A stretch of DNA of 64,000 nt from a virus, in IMG/VR virus record IMGVR_UViG_3300027826_000001. The stretch is one strand, 5' to 3'. Position numbers and translations under genes: made by a program. Below are positions 15,586-25,725 of this stretch, one piece after another. The notes beneath the pieces were generated by a model. It saw only the letters and a program-made list of their open reading frames with translations. It was not told where the DNA came from and made no database searches. Each line of letters opens with the position of its first letter. Position 1 is the first letter of the stretch.

Positions 15586-17862
15586 TTACGCTGACGGAGG
15601 TTTCGCCTTTTGTTTTGGACTACCGTGTTCTTTAAGGGGCCGCTTTTCACTAGGTTCCTGTGGCCCTTGCTCCTGTTGCTGTTGATTAGTGGCCGGGTAA
15701 TTATCAGATATACTTTGCGTATTAGCCGCTTGCTGCTGCTGCATTTGCATTTGTTGAATCATTTGCTGCATTTTCTGAGCATGATCTAATTGGGCCATTT
15801 GACGCTCGGTATTTGACTTGTGGATATTAACCTGTACATCAGCGGCCTTCTTTTGTAAGTCCATCTGAGCCTGTTTCTTCTTGGCGTCTATCATAATTGC
15901 ATTCATAATAGACTTCTGTTGAAGCTCCTGCTGCTGTTTCTGCTGTTCAGCCTGTAACTCTTGCTGCCGTGCCTGTTGATCCATCTGGGCCTGATACTGT
16001 TGCATCTGCTGTTCCCAGTAGGAAGGCTGTTTCTTTATCTGTTCCTTCTGTAACTCGCCTTGGACCTTCATACCCATAAGATCCTTACGAGTCTGTTGTT
16101 CCTGTTGAGCCTGTTGCTGTTGAGCCACGACTTGAGGAGGCGGTTGTTGTTTAGCTTGCTGTTCCTGCTGCGTAAGCGGACGAACAAGAGCGTATTTATG
16201 CGATACTCCCGTGGCATCCTGCATCATACGAATAAATTCATCAAAGTCTACTGTTTTGCCGGTACTGGAAAGTTCCGACATAAGGTTACCCTGGGAAAGA
16301 GCTTGCATCCAAAAGGGAATAACCTGCATTAATTTATCCCGTGTGACCATCTTTGAAGCCGCATACATACGGAATTGAACCTTACGTTGAGCCAAAGACG
16401 CATCAATAAAATAATGACCCGTAGAATTAGTAGCTGGTAAAGCTTCTCCAGGACGAGTATGAAATTGAAGAATATAGAATAACTTGTACAAAGTTGGGAT
16501 AAGTAAGTAATTTTCAATATTCGCAACAATCGAACTAAGACGAGTAGAACTACCACCCTGCTGTGCTTGAATACCACCCAAAGTCCGGTTAGCATTAGAC
16601 GGGCTAGGAACACTTCCTTGACCCATAGCATTGATACCCGTTCTTTTTTCGGAAGCTATCGTCATCCACTGGATATCATCGAATACATTTACAGTGTTGT
16701 TACCCACCTGCAAGAGACTAACATCGTCTTTATTATCACCGTTAAATATCTGACCTGGACGCCATTTCTGTTGAGCAGGAGTGATAAGAGAAGAACGTTT
16801 TTGGACCCGTGGCGGATGTAACTGGAGAGTCAATTCATCCAAGTGCCCGTTTAACAAGGCTTCCATGTACCGTTGGTTATTTTCCTGAACGTCACCAATG
16901 GACTGCCCGTAGAATCTACCCGGTACCACGTAGCAAGGGGCAAAACAGAAAGGAATAAACCCGTAAGGATTCGGCCCATTATACGCAACCCACTCTTTAT
17001 TAAGAACCCAAATAATACGAGTTTTAGAATAATAGATTAGAACTTCAATTTTCTGGTCTGAAGGAAGAGGCAAATAATCCGAGAAACCTGGAGAATAATA
17101 GATACCCCGTAACGCTTCTTGAATCCGCTTAGTCTGTTCTGCCGGAGCTTGAGGAACGTTCTTGGCAAAATAGAATAATATCTCATTACTCGGAATCTTC
17201 ATTCGATCATCCGAACGAAGTTGCATAATTTCGTCAATAGTCATAAACTTACGACGAATTACACTACGGGCTTCATCAACCGAGGGTACTGTAAGACCTG
17301 GATCAACATAAAAGTCTCTAAGATCCACCCATTGGACGGATGGTTGTTTAGCTACGGGGTCCCATTCAACTGATACCCCACCGTTACCATAGAGAAGAAT
17401 ATTCTTAATCGCAATTGTAAACTCACTAATGGAATTAGAACCCACTACCGTCTTAGGGTGTTCTAGGATATACGATAAAGCATCCTGTATCTGTTGTGCT
17501 TCCTGAGGCTGTGTACCCGGCTCTGCTTCTACACTAAACCAATCTGGGGCAATACCGAAAAGAGAGTTAACAACTGCTGGTAAAGCCGCTTCTACTTGGT
17601 CAAATACAATCTGATTAGTAAAAGCTGCCCGTGCTACGTTACTTCCATCCCATACACGCGGAGGTACATATCCAAAATATAAACTATCATGTGTAGACCA
17701 ACGCCGATCATGATTCTGGGTCCGATACAACTCATATGCCCAATAAGTCTGATTAACCAACTCTTTAGCATACGCATCGGTAATAGACGTATCCTGTGGT
17801 TTAAGAGGCTCACTCTGTAGATCAACAAAATCTAACTGTGGAGGGCTTTGTTCAATCGGCAC
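15586..17862 (-). CDS. portal protein with about 190-aa Q/K/E-rich C-terminal extension
   Basis: 758 aa, immediately downstream of terL. GTG start with AGGA upstream. The size and position are canonical for a portal. Confidence 0.8.
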   Translation of the reverse strand: MPIEQSPPQLDFVDLQSEPLKPQDTSITDAYAKELVNQTYWAYELYRTQNHDRRWSTHDSLYFGYVPPRVWDGSNVARAAFTNQIVFDQVEAALPAVVNSLFGIAPDWFSVEAEPGTQPQEAQQIQDALSYILEHPKTVVGSNSISEFTIAIKNILLYGNGGVSVEWDPVAKQPSVQWVDLRDFYVDPGLTVPSVDEARSVIRRKFMTIDEIMQLRSDDRMKIPSNEILFYFAKNVPQAPAEQTKRIQEALRGIYYSPGFSDYLPLPSDQKIEVLIYYSKTRIIWVLNKEWVAYNGPNPYGFIPFCFAPCYVVPGRFYGQSIGDVQENNQRYMEALLNGHLDELTLQLHPPRVQKRSSLITPAQQKWRPGQIFNGDNKDDVSLLQVGNNTVNVFDDIQWMTIASEKRTGINAMGQGSVPSPSNANRTLGGIQAQQGGSSTRLSSIVANIENYLLIPTLYKLFYILQFHTRPGEALPATNSTGHYFIDASLAQRKVQFRMYAASKMVTRDKLMQVIPFWMQALSQGNLMSELSSTGKTVDFDEFIRMMQDATGVSHKYALVRPLTQQEQQAKQQPPPQVVAQQQQAQQEQQTRKDLMGMKVQGELQKEQIKKQPSYWEQQMQQYQAQMDQQARQQELQAEQQKQQQELQQKSIMNAIMIDAKKKQAQMDLQKKAADVQVNIHKSNTERQMAQLDHAQKMQQMIQQMQMQQQQAANTQSISDNYPATNQQQQEQGPQEPSEKRPLKEHGSPKQKAKPPSA

Positions 17863-17885
17863 GATAGTATCCTAACTATATTGTA

Positions 17886-19706
17886 CTAGGAATTGGGGTT
17901 AGTAAACCAATTCCCTTGCGTGGATTCAACTAACTCTTCTGTATATGGGTCTTCCAGCTTTAACCATTTGTCAAACGCCTTTGCCTGAACCTGTCGAAAA
18001 ACTCTATTAACTCCTGCAGGATCATCTATTACCCCGGCTGGATTACGCTTAAGAGTAAAGGGGTTACCACGGCTTATTTCTCGCCCAAAGTAGTCTTTTT
18101 CGGCCAAAAAATCACTCAAAGTGTCCAAAATATCATCTGTAGCGGACGAGGGAAACTCTTCCATTTCCTTAATCATATGAGTCCAAGCGGCAGGGTCGAT
18201 ATCGTCTAAGAAACGTAAATAATCGTTTTTATACCAGGGTTGGATCATTTTATGAATACGATCAGCCTTGGAAGTTCGATTACCTCGTTTAATCGTCTCA
18301 ATATTGAAATTTATACCCTTTGGACGCCATTTTGTCTCTAGGATACGATTAATCGTAGCCATAAGTCCCCGTAAATAGGAACTTTCCTCAATTTTGATAC
18401 AACGTAGGTGTCGGTAGTGTTTTAAGGCTACTAAAAATATCTTTTCCACCGCTACATCGGCTAAAAACCGTCCCCAATGAATTTCTTCGATATATAACCT
18501 ACCATCGCTGGCTATTGTACCCACCGTAATGACCGTATAGTTACTTCTAGGGTTATCTGTCTCGGTTAAATCGACACAAATTTCCTTATACGCGACTCTT
18601 ACGTTATTTTCGAAGTCTTTACGGCTTATTTTCTTCGGAAATTCATTATTTACCGGAAAAGGCGTAGCCCCATCTACTCCAAGAACCGGGGAATTAAGTT
18701 TTTGGGTACTAAAAAGCCAAGGATCGTTCTTTTCTTCTTCTTCTAATTTCTGAACTGGGAACATTTCTTCCCATCGAGATATTCTATGGCCTTTTTCATC
18801 CTTTTTAAAGGGTATTTTACCCTCTTCTGGCGTAAATTTCTCCCCTCCCGGCACATCTCTGACTAAAGCACCCCTACAAAATATCTCATATTCACGATCT
18901 TCGAGCTTTTTTGCTAATTCTCTCTCAATAATCTTCCCGTAAGTGTCTCCAAAGTGATAACGAGTCCCTTCTACGTCTATCCAATAACGAGGATTGATAA
19001 GAAGGTTAAGAGAAATATCGAATTTTTTTCTAATTCTCTCCAAACCGTCTCCCGCTATGTTATTTTCGTCCACAATATCGCTAAATTTTATAACATGGAA
19101 GTGGTAACCAGCCGCTCCTTTTTCCACAGAACCCGTCATAATGGTTGGTTCCTTACGTACAATCTCTTTTAAACGGCCTTCCGAAGTGAACTCGGCCATC
19201 GTACCCCATTCCGAGATACTTTTCTTGGGACAATGTTCAGGAAAAAGCTCACGGAAACGGGGGTTGTACTGAAAATGACCCTTAATTTCGCTCAAAACGT
19301 CGCTAGCACGTTTATCAGAGGCCATTAAAAGTAAGATGGATATGTCGGGATAATTTAAAATCCACTGAATGGAATGAGCCATACAGTTAATCGTAGTTTT
19401 TAAAAAGGAACGACTGTCAAGAATAAGGCGTCTTTTCTTACCGGGTAGTTGCAACATAGGTACTATGGGTGTATAAACCCATTTCCCATTCACTAAACAA
19501 TCATTTTGGGTAAATTGTTCTAAATTAGGTACTGGAAAATGCTGGAGAATGTCAATCGTAGGCTGATGAAGGGCATTCCACGGCCCACCATTTTTATCCG
19601 ATACGTCTGGGTAATTTAAAACTTCTCGGCATAGATAACCCAAATCCGTTCGAGCTTTCCAGCGGGCTATTCTTAACTGCTTGTATTGATCGTTTGTTAT
19701 TCCCAT
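17886..19706 (-). CDS. terL: terminase large subunit
   Basis: 606 aa. ATPase-like LILDSRSFLKTT and ILLLMASD. C-terminal RNaseH-like nuclease pattern (VITVGTIASDGRLYIEEI). Followed by the portal. Confidence 0.85.
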   Translation of the reverse strand: MGITNDQYKQLRIARWKARTDLGYLCREVLNYPDVSDKNGGPWNALHQPTIDILQHFPVPNLEQFTQNDCLVNGKWVYTPIVPMLQLPGKKRRLILDSRSFLKTTINCMAHSIQWILNYPDISILLLMASDKRASDVLSEIKGHFQYNPRFRELFPEHCPKKSISEWGTMAEFTSEGRLKEIVRKEPTIMTGSVEKGAAGYHFHVIKFSDIVDENNIAGDGLERIRKKFDISLNLLINPRYWIDVEGTRYHFGDTYGKIIERELAKKLEDREYEIFCRGALVRDVPGGEKFTPEEGKIPFKKDEKGHRISRWEEMFPVQKLEEEEKNDPWLFSTQKLNSPVLGVDGATPFPVNNEFPKKISRKDFENNVRVAYKEICVDLTETDNPRSNYTVITVGTIASDGRLYIEEIHWGRFLADVAVEKIFLVALKHYRHLRCIKIEESSYLRGLMATINRILETKWRPKGINFNIETIKRGNRTSKADRIHKMIQPWYKNDYLRFLDDIDPAAWTHMIKEMEEFPSSATDDILDTLSDFLAEKDYFGREISRGNPFTLKRNPAGVIDDPAGVNRVFRQVQAKAFDKWLKLEDPYTEELVESTQGNWFTNPNS

Positions 19707-19788
19707 AAGAAGCTAATACTGGCTCCGGCCAACTTATCTCCCAGTCAATTTCAATAAGAAAGTCATCATCAAGGCGGGAAAGAGACAT
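19594..19788 (-). CDS. small ORF (64 aa) overlapping the terL start out of frame
   Basis: Strong RBS (AGGAG 6 nt before ATG 19788). The N-terminus MSLSRLDDDFLIEIDWEISWPEP looks genuine. The last ~37 codons overlap terL. Confidence 0.45.
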   Translation of the reverse strand: MSLSRLDDDFLIEIDWEISWPEPVLASYGNNKRSIQAVKNSPLESSNGFGLSMPRSFKLPRRIG

Positions 19789-19854
19789 AAAGAACTCCTA
19801 GCCCTATTATATCGAGTCCACGTTTGGATTTGTAAATTATTCATAATAAAAGAC

Positions 19855-20214
19855 TTATTGATTTACTGGAGGCACACTATTTCCTTCCACAAGAGTATTT
19901 AAAGCCCCAGTTGCCGGTGTCGTAGTAGTCGTACCAGTACACCCTACCGCGTCTCCGGGAACGTTTACTTGAGTCACGTAGGCTATTGGCATAAGAACCG
20001 TGGGTTGAAAGCCCCGAGGAACCAAAAACAATAGGGGTATAGCATCAGGTACACAGGCATTAAAGTTGAATAAAATTCCAACCCCGGTAAAAATACCCTG
20101 ACCCGTAAAGGACCCGGACGCTTGAAAGACTGGAGGAGGAGGCGCAAATTGACTTGCATAAGTTCTTTTACGCTTAGTCGGATAACTTTCAAAGCGTATC
20201 TCTACTATACGCAT
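19855..20214 (-). CDS. hypothetical protein (119 aa)
   Basis: ORF track. Confidence 0.65.
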   Translation of the reverse strand: MRIVEIRFESYPTKRKRTYASQFAPPPPVFQASGSFTGQGIFTGVGILFNFNACVPDAIPLLFLVPRGFQPTVLMPIAYVTQVNVPGDAVGCTGTTTTTPATGALNTLVEGNSVPPVNQ

Positions 20215-20219
20215 GTAAG

Positions 20220-20690
20220 TTACCCACCTATTTCTTCAACTAGTGCCCCACCGGAAAGATGTACAGTTCCCGTAACGGTAGATAGAAGTTCAAATACCAA
20301 AGATTCACTAGGACCCACTACTGGAGGGCGAGGAAAGGGATAGTCATAACCATTAAATACATGAGTACTATCTTCTCGAATCGTAATCGCAGTACCGGAA
20401 GTTGTAGCCTTAGCGGTATTATTTGCCAGAGCCGTAAAAGAAGCCGCTGCATCGCCTGGATCTACTTTTTGCGGAGTAGGAGTACTACCACCGGAACCAT
20501 CGGTAACCGTAGCGGGAAGAAATCTAACACGTAAAGAGAGCATTTGGCTTGTGGGAATAGTAGTGTCAGTTGCGCCTGTCCACACTTCAAGTACCCTAAG
20601 CATTTTGCCAGTCGCACCTTTAATTTGTAATAGATCCTGTGCCGCACTAACGGCTACTTGTTCAAAAGTTACTGTATACGTTCTCGGCAT
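20220..20690 (-). CDS. hypothetical protein (156 aa)
   Basis: ORF track. Confidence 0.7.
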   Translation of the reverse strand: MPRTYTVTFEQVAVSAAQDLLQIKGATGKMLRVLEVWTGATDTTIPTSQMLSLRVRFLPATVTDGSGGSTPTPQKVDPGDAAASFTALANNTAKATTSGTAITIREDSTHVFNGYDYPFPRPPVVGPSESLVFELLSTVTGTVHLSGGALVEEIGG

Positions 20691-21549
20691 TTAATAGCTC
20701 TCCATCTACTATTATACGTGTTGTTTCTCGGGGAGGAACATAACCTGTACCGCCTGGTCCTGTACCTGTTGTAAATATCATGTTATTGGGTTTATAAGCA
20801 TAAAGCGACATAGGGCTAATATATAACCGTTGGACTTCTGGGGCTGTTAATTCTCGACTCCAAATACTTGCACCCCATACTGATCCAGTACAGAAACGAT
20901 TAGCAAAAGATGAACCGCCACCAACGAGTATTTTTTGAGCCGCTGTTCCAATTGCTGGTCCCCCAATACCGCCCATTGTTCCAACTATCTGTCCATTCAA
21001 CCACATACGAGTGTTACCGACTCGACCAAAAGTGAAACCAATATGATTCCAAACCTTAGCAGTTAAGGCCCCACTTATAGGGTCAGTATTACCCGTATTA
21101 AAATATAAAGCTAAATCGTTAGAGGGATTGACAAGTATTTCCCAATTAAAACCCCCTGCTCCATCCTCCTGTGAAAACAACATTTGATAACCACCGGAAA
21201 AGGATGTAAAATTGGCCCATATAAAGGCACTAAATCCAACCACCGTACCACCGTTAGTTACCGGAGTGAAGTTATTAGCCGTTTTAACCCCTGTCGTACT
21301 CCCGTCCAGTTTCAAACATGCCCCAAAAGGACTTGCACCCCAACTAACCGTTCCATTAATTGTACCGGGGTGAACCATATAGAGATCGTTAGCTACCGTC
21401 CCGGCCCCTTCGGACATAGGCATTAAGAATGATTGATCGAGAGATAAGGCGGAATTTGGGCTTTGGGTTACAGCATATTGGGTATTAAATCGCCTTGGCA
21501 GAAACATTTTGGGTATTAAGCTACCGTAGCTTGTACTCCCTGATACCAC
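20662..21549 (-). CDS. LamG/concanavalin-A-like lectin-fold protein (fibre or receptor-binding candidate)
   Basis: GTINGTVSWGASPFGACLKLDGST..., FSAFIWANF, WNHIGFTF and RMWLNGQIVGT are typical of Laminin_G_3-type domains. Start is uncertain (GTG 21549 or ATG 21507). Confidence 0.65.
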   Translation of the reverse strand: MVSGSTSYGSLIPKMFLPRRFNTQYAVTQSPNSALSLDQSFLMPMSEGAGTVANDLYMVHPGTINGTVSWGASPFGACLKLDGSTTGVKTANNFTPVTNGGTVVGFSAFIWANFTSFSGGYQMLFSQEDGAGGFNWEILVNPSNDLALYFNTGNTDPISGALTAKVWNHIGFTFGRVGNTRMWLNGQIVGTMGGIGGPAIGTAAQKILVGGGSSFANRFCTGSVWGASIWSRELTAPEVQRLYISPMSLYAYKPNNMIFTTGTGPGGTGYVPPRETTRIIVDGELLNAENVYSNF

Positions 21550-21992
21550 GCAGATCCAATACTCGCATCAAAAGATCCGCCTGTATTATTTGTCACCACA
21601 ATACCCCAATGATCGGGTAAAATTCCTCCAAAAGCAGCGGCTATAGAGAAAGGACCCGCCTCATAGGTCGTAGAAGTCGCAACCATATTAATTACCCCAA
21701 TAGGTTTCATGTTAGGCGGGTTAGTAAGCGTAATAGACCCATCAGTACCGGAAGCTCCGTCTGTATAAGTCGTACCACCATCCGCCGTTCCATAAGCATA
21801 TACGGTCGCATAACTACCAGATGCCGGACCCGATGAAGCACTTTTAATCTTAAGAAAGACTAAAGCATCAAGAAATAAATTAGTCGTATTATCCACTGCC
21901 GTAGACTGCCGGGAACTACCATTTCCTAAAGATGTAAGAGTACAAGTAATCGCTTGATTATTTGTCCCATATTTCATTGATACTGTAGACAT
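21516..21992 (-). CDS. hypothetical beta-rich virion protein (158 aa)
   Basis: ORF track. S/T/G/A-rich. Confidence 0.7.
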   Translation of the reverse strand: MSTVSMKYGTNNQAITCTLTSLGNGSSRQSTAVDNTTNLFLDALVFLKIKSASSGPASGSYATVYAYGTADGGTTYTDGASGTDGSITLTNPPNMKPIGVINMVATSTTYEAGPFSIAAAFGGILPDHWGIVVTNNTGGSFDASIGSAWYQGVQATVA

Positions 21993-22004
21993 GTTTACTC
22001 CGTA

Positions 22005-22412
22005 TTATTGAAAAGCTGCCGTTAAGTTCCCTATTGCAGTCTGAAAAATTGACCCCGAATTAATTAAAATAGACGAGGCTAGGGGTGTGAACATCAACAT
22101 ATTACCTCCGCTAACTGCATCAAAAAGAGCTAAGTATGTTATCGCGCCCCAATTCGTGCTGGCAGTAGGAAAAGTAATAACTGCATTATTAGCGACACTA
22201 AGATTACTACCCACAGAAGCCCACGAGATAGCTTGTCGGACATAACCGCTTCCTCCCGAAGTACTTACTTCTGTACCAGAGTTATTTGGGTTTGGATTGG
22301 TGGTATAAAGAGCAAGATAAACTGTAGTCGGGGCTGTCCATTGCCCTTGGTTAGTAAGAGTAAGTAAGAGCTTGTTTATTAAGTAGTTGCTTAATACTAA
22401 AGGACAAGACAT
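22005..22412 (-). CDS. hypothetical virion protein (135 aa)
   Basis: ORF track. Confidence 0.7.
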   Translation of the reverse strand: MSCPLVLSNYLINKLLLTLTNQGQWTAPTTVYLALYTTNPNPNNSGTEVSTSGGSGYVRQAISWASVGSNLSVANNAVITFPTASTNWGAITYLALFDAVSGGNMLMFTPLASSILINSGSIFQTAIGNLTAAFQ

Positions 22413-22418
22413 ACATAC

Positions 22419-22733
22419 TTACCGCCCCTCTAACAAGTAAAGTCCAAAGGTAAGAGTTTCTAATGCCGGTTCGGGTAATACAAACTTAATATACATCAAG
22501 CCGGTAGACCAATCAGGATCTAAAGTTTGAATATAGTATAGATCCAACGGGTAAACTATTGGTTGTCCTGCAAAATCCTGAACCTTACCAAAATTAAGTC
22601 CATCCGGCGAACCGTATAAAAAGAAATTAGAAGCCTTGGAATATTCAGGAACAAATACGGTAACTAATTGGAAATGTCCAAGTGTAAACGCTTCACTTTC
22701 CCGTTCACCCTTTTTAATCTGAAGTTGCTTCAT
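22419..22733 (-). CDS. hypothetical protein (104 aa)
   Basis: ORF track. Confidence 0.7.
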   Translation of the reverse strand: MKQLQIKKGERESEAFTLGHFQLVTVFVPEYSKASNFFLYGSPDGLNFGKVQDFAGQPIVYPLDLYYIQTLDPDWSTGLMYIKFVLPEPALETLTFGLYLLEGR

Positions 22734-22736
22734 ACA

Positions 22737-23216
22737 TTAGACCGCATTGTAACGAACAGAAACACCCACCTGAATACCCGTAGCCGCCAGTCCAGCCGCA
22801 GCCGATCCCGCAGACAGGAAGCCATAGTCAATAGACACTTGGTCACCCTTTTGGAAAGTATTAGAAGCCGCATTCACAACAGCCGAAGTAACCGCACCCA
22901 AAGAGTTTGTACTGTTATTACTCCGCGATCTATTATTAGCCGCAGAAGCCGCACCCATATTAATCGAAGGCTGTGTACTCAAGATACCAACGGAATTAAT
23001 ACGAACATTGGCGTTAGCAGTACCCGAGACAAACCCTGAAGCACTAACTGCCGTCTGAGCCAAAGCAACCCAAGCGTCAACCACCTGTCCCGGATGATTC
23101 GCCACGAAAAGAGGAACAATCTGAGCCGAGGTAGCATTGGTGCAAGCGGAAGTTTCCGATACTTGCGGATTATAGAAGTATTCCTGTTCCAAACTAAAAT
23201 ATTGTGTCTGAGCCAT
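22737..23216 (-). CDS. S/T/A/N-rich protein (159 aa), paralog of 12627..13145
   Basis: About three quarters of residues are identical by eye over ~130 aa with the capsid-adjacent protein. The DNA copies differ mostly at silent sites. Confidence 0.8.
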   Translation of the reverse strand: MAQTQYFSLEQEYFYNPQVSETSACTNATSAQIVPLFVANHPGQVVDAWVALAQTAVSASGFVSGTANANVRINSVGILSTQPSINMGAASAANNRSRSNNSTNSLGAVTSAVVNAASNTFQKGDQVSIDYGFLSAGSAAAGLAATGIQVGVSVRYNAV

Positions 23217-23225
23217 GTTTAAACC

Positions 23226-23558
23226 TTAAAGAACAACCAAATTGACCTGAGTTCCAGCAGCCGGAGTAATCGTAGAAATTGTAATATTCGACATTGTAAG
23301 CTGCAAAGTACCAGTAGCCGTAATATCTGCTCGATCAATAACCAAACCTGCTACGTTATTTGGGAGAGCAAAATTAGCCACAACAAGAGAATCAGTAGTC
23401 AAGTCCGCGATACTTCCCCCACCAGCCTGAATACCACCACTCGCCGAATAAGTTTCCGTAACCGTGGTCATACCAGGAACGGCAGTAATATTTAGAGCCA
23501 AAGGACGGACGTACTGATAACTTCCGGAACCCGCTCGAAAACTTTGTGTAATAGCCAT
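23226..23558 (-). CDS. hypothetical abundant-looking virion protein (110 aa)
   Basis: ORF track. Preceded by its own promoter-like element. Confidence 0.7.
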   Translation of the reverse strand: MAITQSFRAGSGSYQYVRPLALNITAVPGMTTVTETYSASGGIQAGGGSIADLTTDSLVVANFALPNNVAGLVIDRADITATGTLQLTMSNITISTITPAAGTQVNLVVL

Positions 23559-23588
23559 GTATCCGTATTAATTTCCTATCTTTAGTTT

Positions 23589-23617
23589 AACATACCATTT
23601 ATGGGGAAGTCTGTGAA
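23589..23617 (-). promoter_or_regulatory. promoter-like element (TTCACA-N14-TGg-TATGTT)
   Basis: Minus strand: -35 TTCACA 23617..23612, TGgTATGTT 23597..23589. Lies just after the stop of 23599..24258. Confidence 0.45.
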
Positions 23618-24258
23618 ATATTAGGTACAATTGTCAATGTCCCATACATCACGGTAAACACATGTCCGCCACTATCCGTATACTGAAGATCATACACAGG
23701 ATCGACCTTATGGAAAGGGATAGCGTTGATATTTGTAAGTGACCGGGCTATTGTAATCGTAGCCGTACCTAAGGACTGATTAATCCACGCGATACCGCTA
23801 CTAGGACTTGTGACTGTAAATATCTCATTTCCATCGGTATCCTGGGGTTTCCACTTAGCCGTAAAACGCAACGAACCTCCAGTACAGTTAACTGCGTTAC
23901 CGTTCAATATGACCTGGATATTAAACGAATAATCGTTAGCCCGCACCATTTTGAGATTTAAGTTCAAGAAGTCTCTCCCATACGGTTGTGTCGCATTACA
24001 AAAAGTATAAATAACTGGTGGATCTACTGCCGTTGTTGTTGCCGCTACGTTTGCCGCTGGAGCATTTGCTAAGAAACAAGCGTTTAAGGCTACGCCAGCA
24101 ATTAATCCCTGTCCTTCGCCAAGTATTCCAAAAGCTCCCGCCTGTGCTGGATGAGCCGCCCCTACGTTTATCTGTTTTGCATTGGCTACAGGTATCTTGC
24201 TGTAAAAGACTAGAAAGGACTTTTTGTGTAGAATCGCTTTGACAAATGTTTGCGCCAT
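23599..24258 (-). CDS. hypothetical virion protein (219 aa)
   Basis: ORF track. Confidence 0.75.
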   Translation of the reverse strand: MAQTFVKAILHKKSFLVFYSKIPVANAKQINVGAAHPAQAGAFGILGEGQGLIAGVALNACFLANAPAANVAATTTAVDPPVIYTFCNATQPYGRDFLNLNLKMVRANDYSFNIQVILNGNAVNCTGGSLRFTAKWKPQDTDGNEIFTVTSPSSGIAWINQSLGTATITIARSLTNINAIPFHKVDPVYDLQYTDSGGHVFTVMYGTLTIVPNISQTSP

Positions 24259-24264
24259 GCATGA

Positions 24265-25722
24265 CTACGCCGTAGTAGCGAACATAATACTATTGTGATT
24301 ACCTTCCCCGAAAGTCCAAAAAGTATGCGATGGACTATCGAAAACTGCTGTCTGGTCTAAAGAAAGGGCTGTTCGAACCATAGCCGCATCCCATACTTGA
24401 CCAATAATCTTAGCCGTTGCTCCCGACGTAGTACCCCAACATAAAAAGGGTTCGTTAAGAAGAAACGAGTTGTCATACCATTGGAGATCCGCATTAAGTC
24501 CGCTAGCAAACACGGTACCAGGAGTTACAATCTGTACACTAGCGGTATCGCTACCACTAGCGTTAGTTACACCGGCTCCGTTTACAATCCACCACGCCCC
24601 GTTAGTATAATAAGCCTGATTCCTAAACGTAGCATGGGAATTATTAAAAGCCTGTGACGACCAAATAGCTTCGTTAACCGTATTCCCTATCGTTATATCA
24701 GAACAATAAGCGGTATTTGCGTTATACGTTCCATTACCTGTACTACCATTAAGAGTAAAGTTATTAGCATCTACTACGGTAATATTAAAAATTCCATTAA
24801 TCGCTGTATTACCTGTACCCCCTACAATAATTACTTGATCCCCTGTCGTAAATCCATGAGAAGCAATAGTACATTGAATTGGACTGGCATTTGTAGCGGC
24901 TGAAATAGTTGGGGCTTGTAACTGGGAAGTAATAAACGGAACTCCCATACCCATCCCATTCCCCACTGTACCCGCTGCTGTTGATCCAGGAACAAATACC
25001 ACAAACTGATACTTACTTGCAATCATTTTGTACGTAGTATTACTGGAAATAACCGTCCCACTACCATTAACCATATAGCCTGTACTAGACGAAGGCTTAC
25101 GGCTTCCGGTACGATCCTGGGCATATAAGGTAATAGCAGTACCGGGTAGATAGAAACTACCACTATTTGTAAACTCGACTAATGTAGCGGCAAGGCCCTG
25201 AGGAGTGATAGCAGTAGTAAATTGATTTTGACCACCAGATAAAGTACTACTCGCCCAAGTTGCATTAATTGTTCCCGTTGTACTAGCAGCCGCCCCATTA
25301 CCTGCACTACCAGCCGTCTTATACGTAACCGTAAGTGTCGTAGCTGTTCCACTGGCCGTCATATTCGGGGGTAGGACAATTGAAGATCCATACTTGGTAC
25401 CTGACCCCGCACCCCCTGTAAGAGCATTAACCGCGTTTTGAATCGTTAACGCAAGGGTAGTATCAATTAATATCTGATTACCCGTAGGACCAGAAGAAAC
25501 AAACGTATACGTTTGGTTATTGGGACTATTATCTAACGTGAATGTACTATTAGCAGCCGGTTGGCTAGAAAAAGTCAACACGTCAGAAGCCGCTACCTGT
25601 GCTAGTGTCCAGCCAGCCGCTTGTAAGTTAGTGATTAGAAACGACTCAAAGTCTACGGACGGCTGAGTACTACCAGTAGTAACGGAATATATAGCTGTAT
25701 TCCCGCTATACTGAATAGCCAT
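24265..25722 (-). CDS. T/S/N/G-rich fibre- or spike-like protein (485 aa)
   Basis: ORF track. Long beta-rich S/T/N/G/A composition. Confidence 0.75.
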   Translation of the reverse strand: MAIQYSGNTAIYSVTTGSTQPSVDFESFLITNLQAAGWTLAQVAASDVLTFSSQPAANSTFTLDNSPNNQTYTFVSSGPTGNQILIDTTLALTIQNAVNALTGGAGSGTKYGSSIVLPPNMTASGTATTLTVTYKTAGSAGNGAAASTTGTINATWASSTLSGGQNQFTTAITPQGLAATLVEFTNSGSFYLPGTAITLYAQDRTGSRKPSSSTGYMVNGSGTVISSNTTYKMIASKYQFVVFVPGSTAAGTVGNGMGMGVPFITSQLQAPTISAATNASPIQCTIASHGFTTGDQVIIVGGTGNTAINGIFNITVVDANNFTLNGSTGNGTYNANTAYCSDITIGNTVNEAIWSSQAFNNSHATFRNQAYYTNGAWWIVNGAGVTNASGSDTASVQIVTPGTVFASGLNADLQWYDNSFLLNEPFLCWGTTSGATAKIIGQVWDAAMVRTALSLDQTAVFDSPSHTFWTFGEGNHNSIMFATTA

Positions 25723-25725
25723 ATA

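Noticed and set aside
14278-16631. Several 60-126-aa ORFs in or antisense to the scaffold-like and portal genes (e.g. 14278..14658, 14306..14635, 16060..16332, 16329..16631)
   Set aside because: They are by-products of CAG/CAA-rich (poly-Gln) coding sequence, giving L/C/S-rich products nested in long, well-supported genes.
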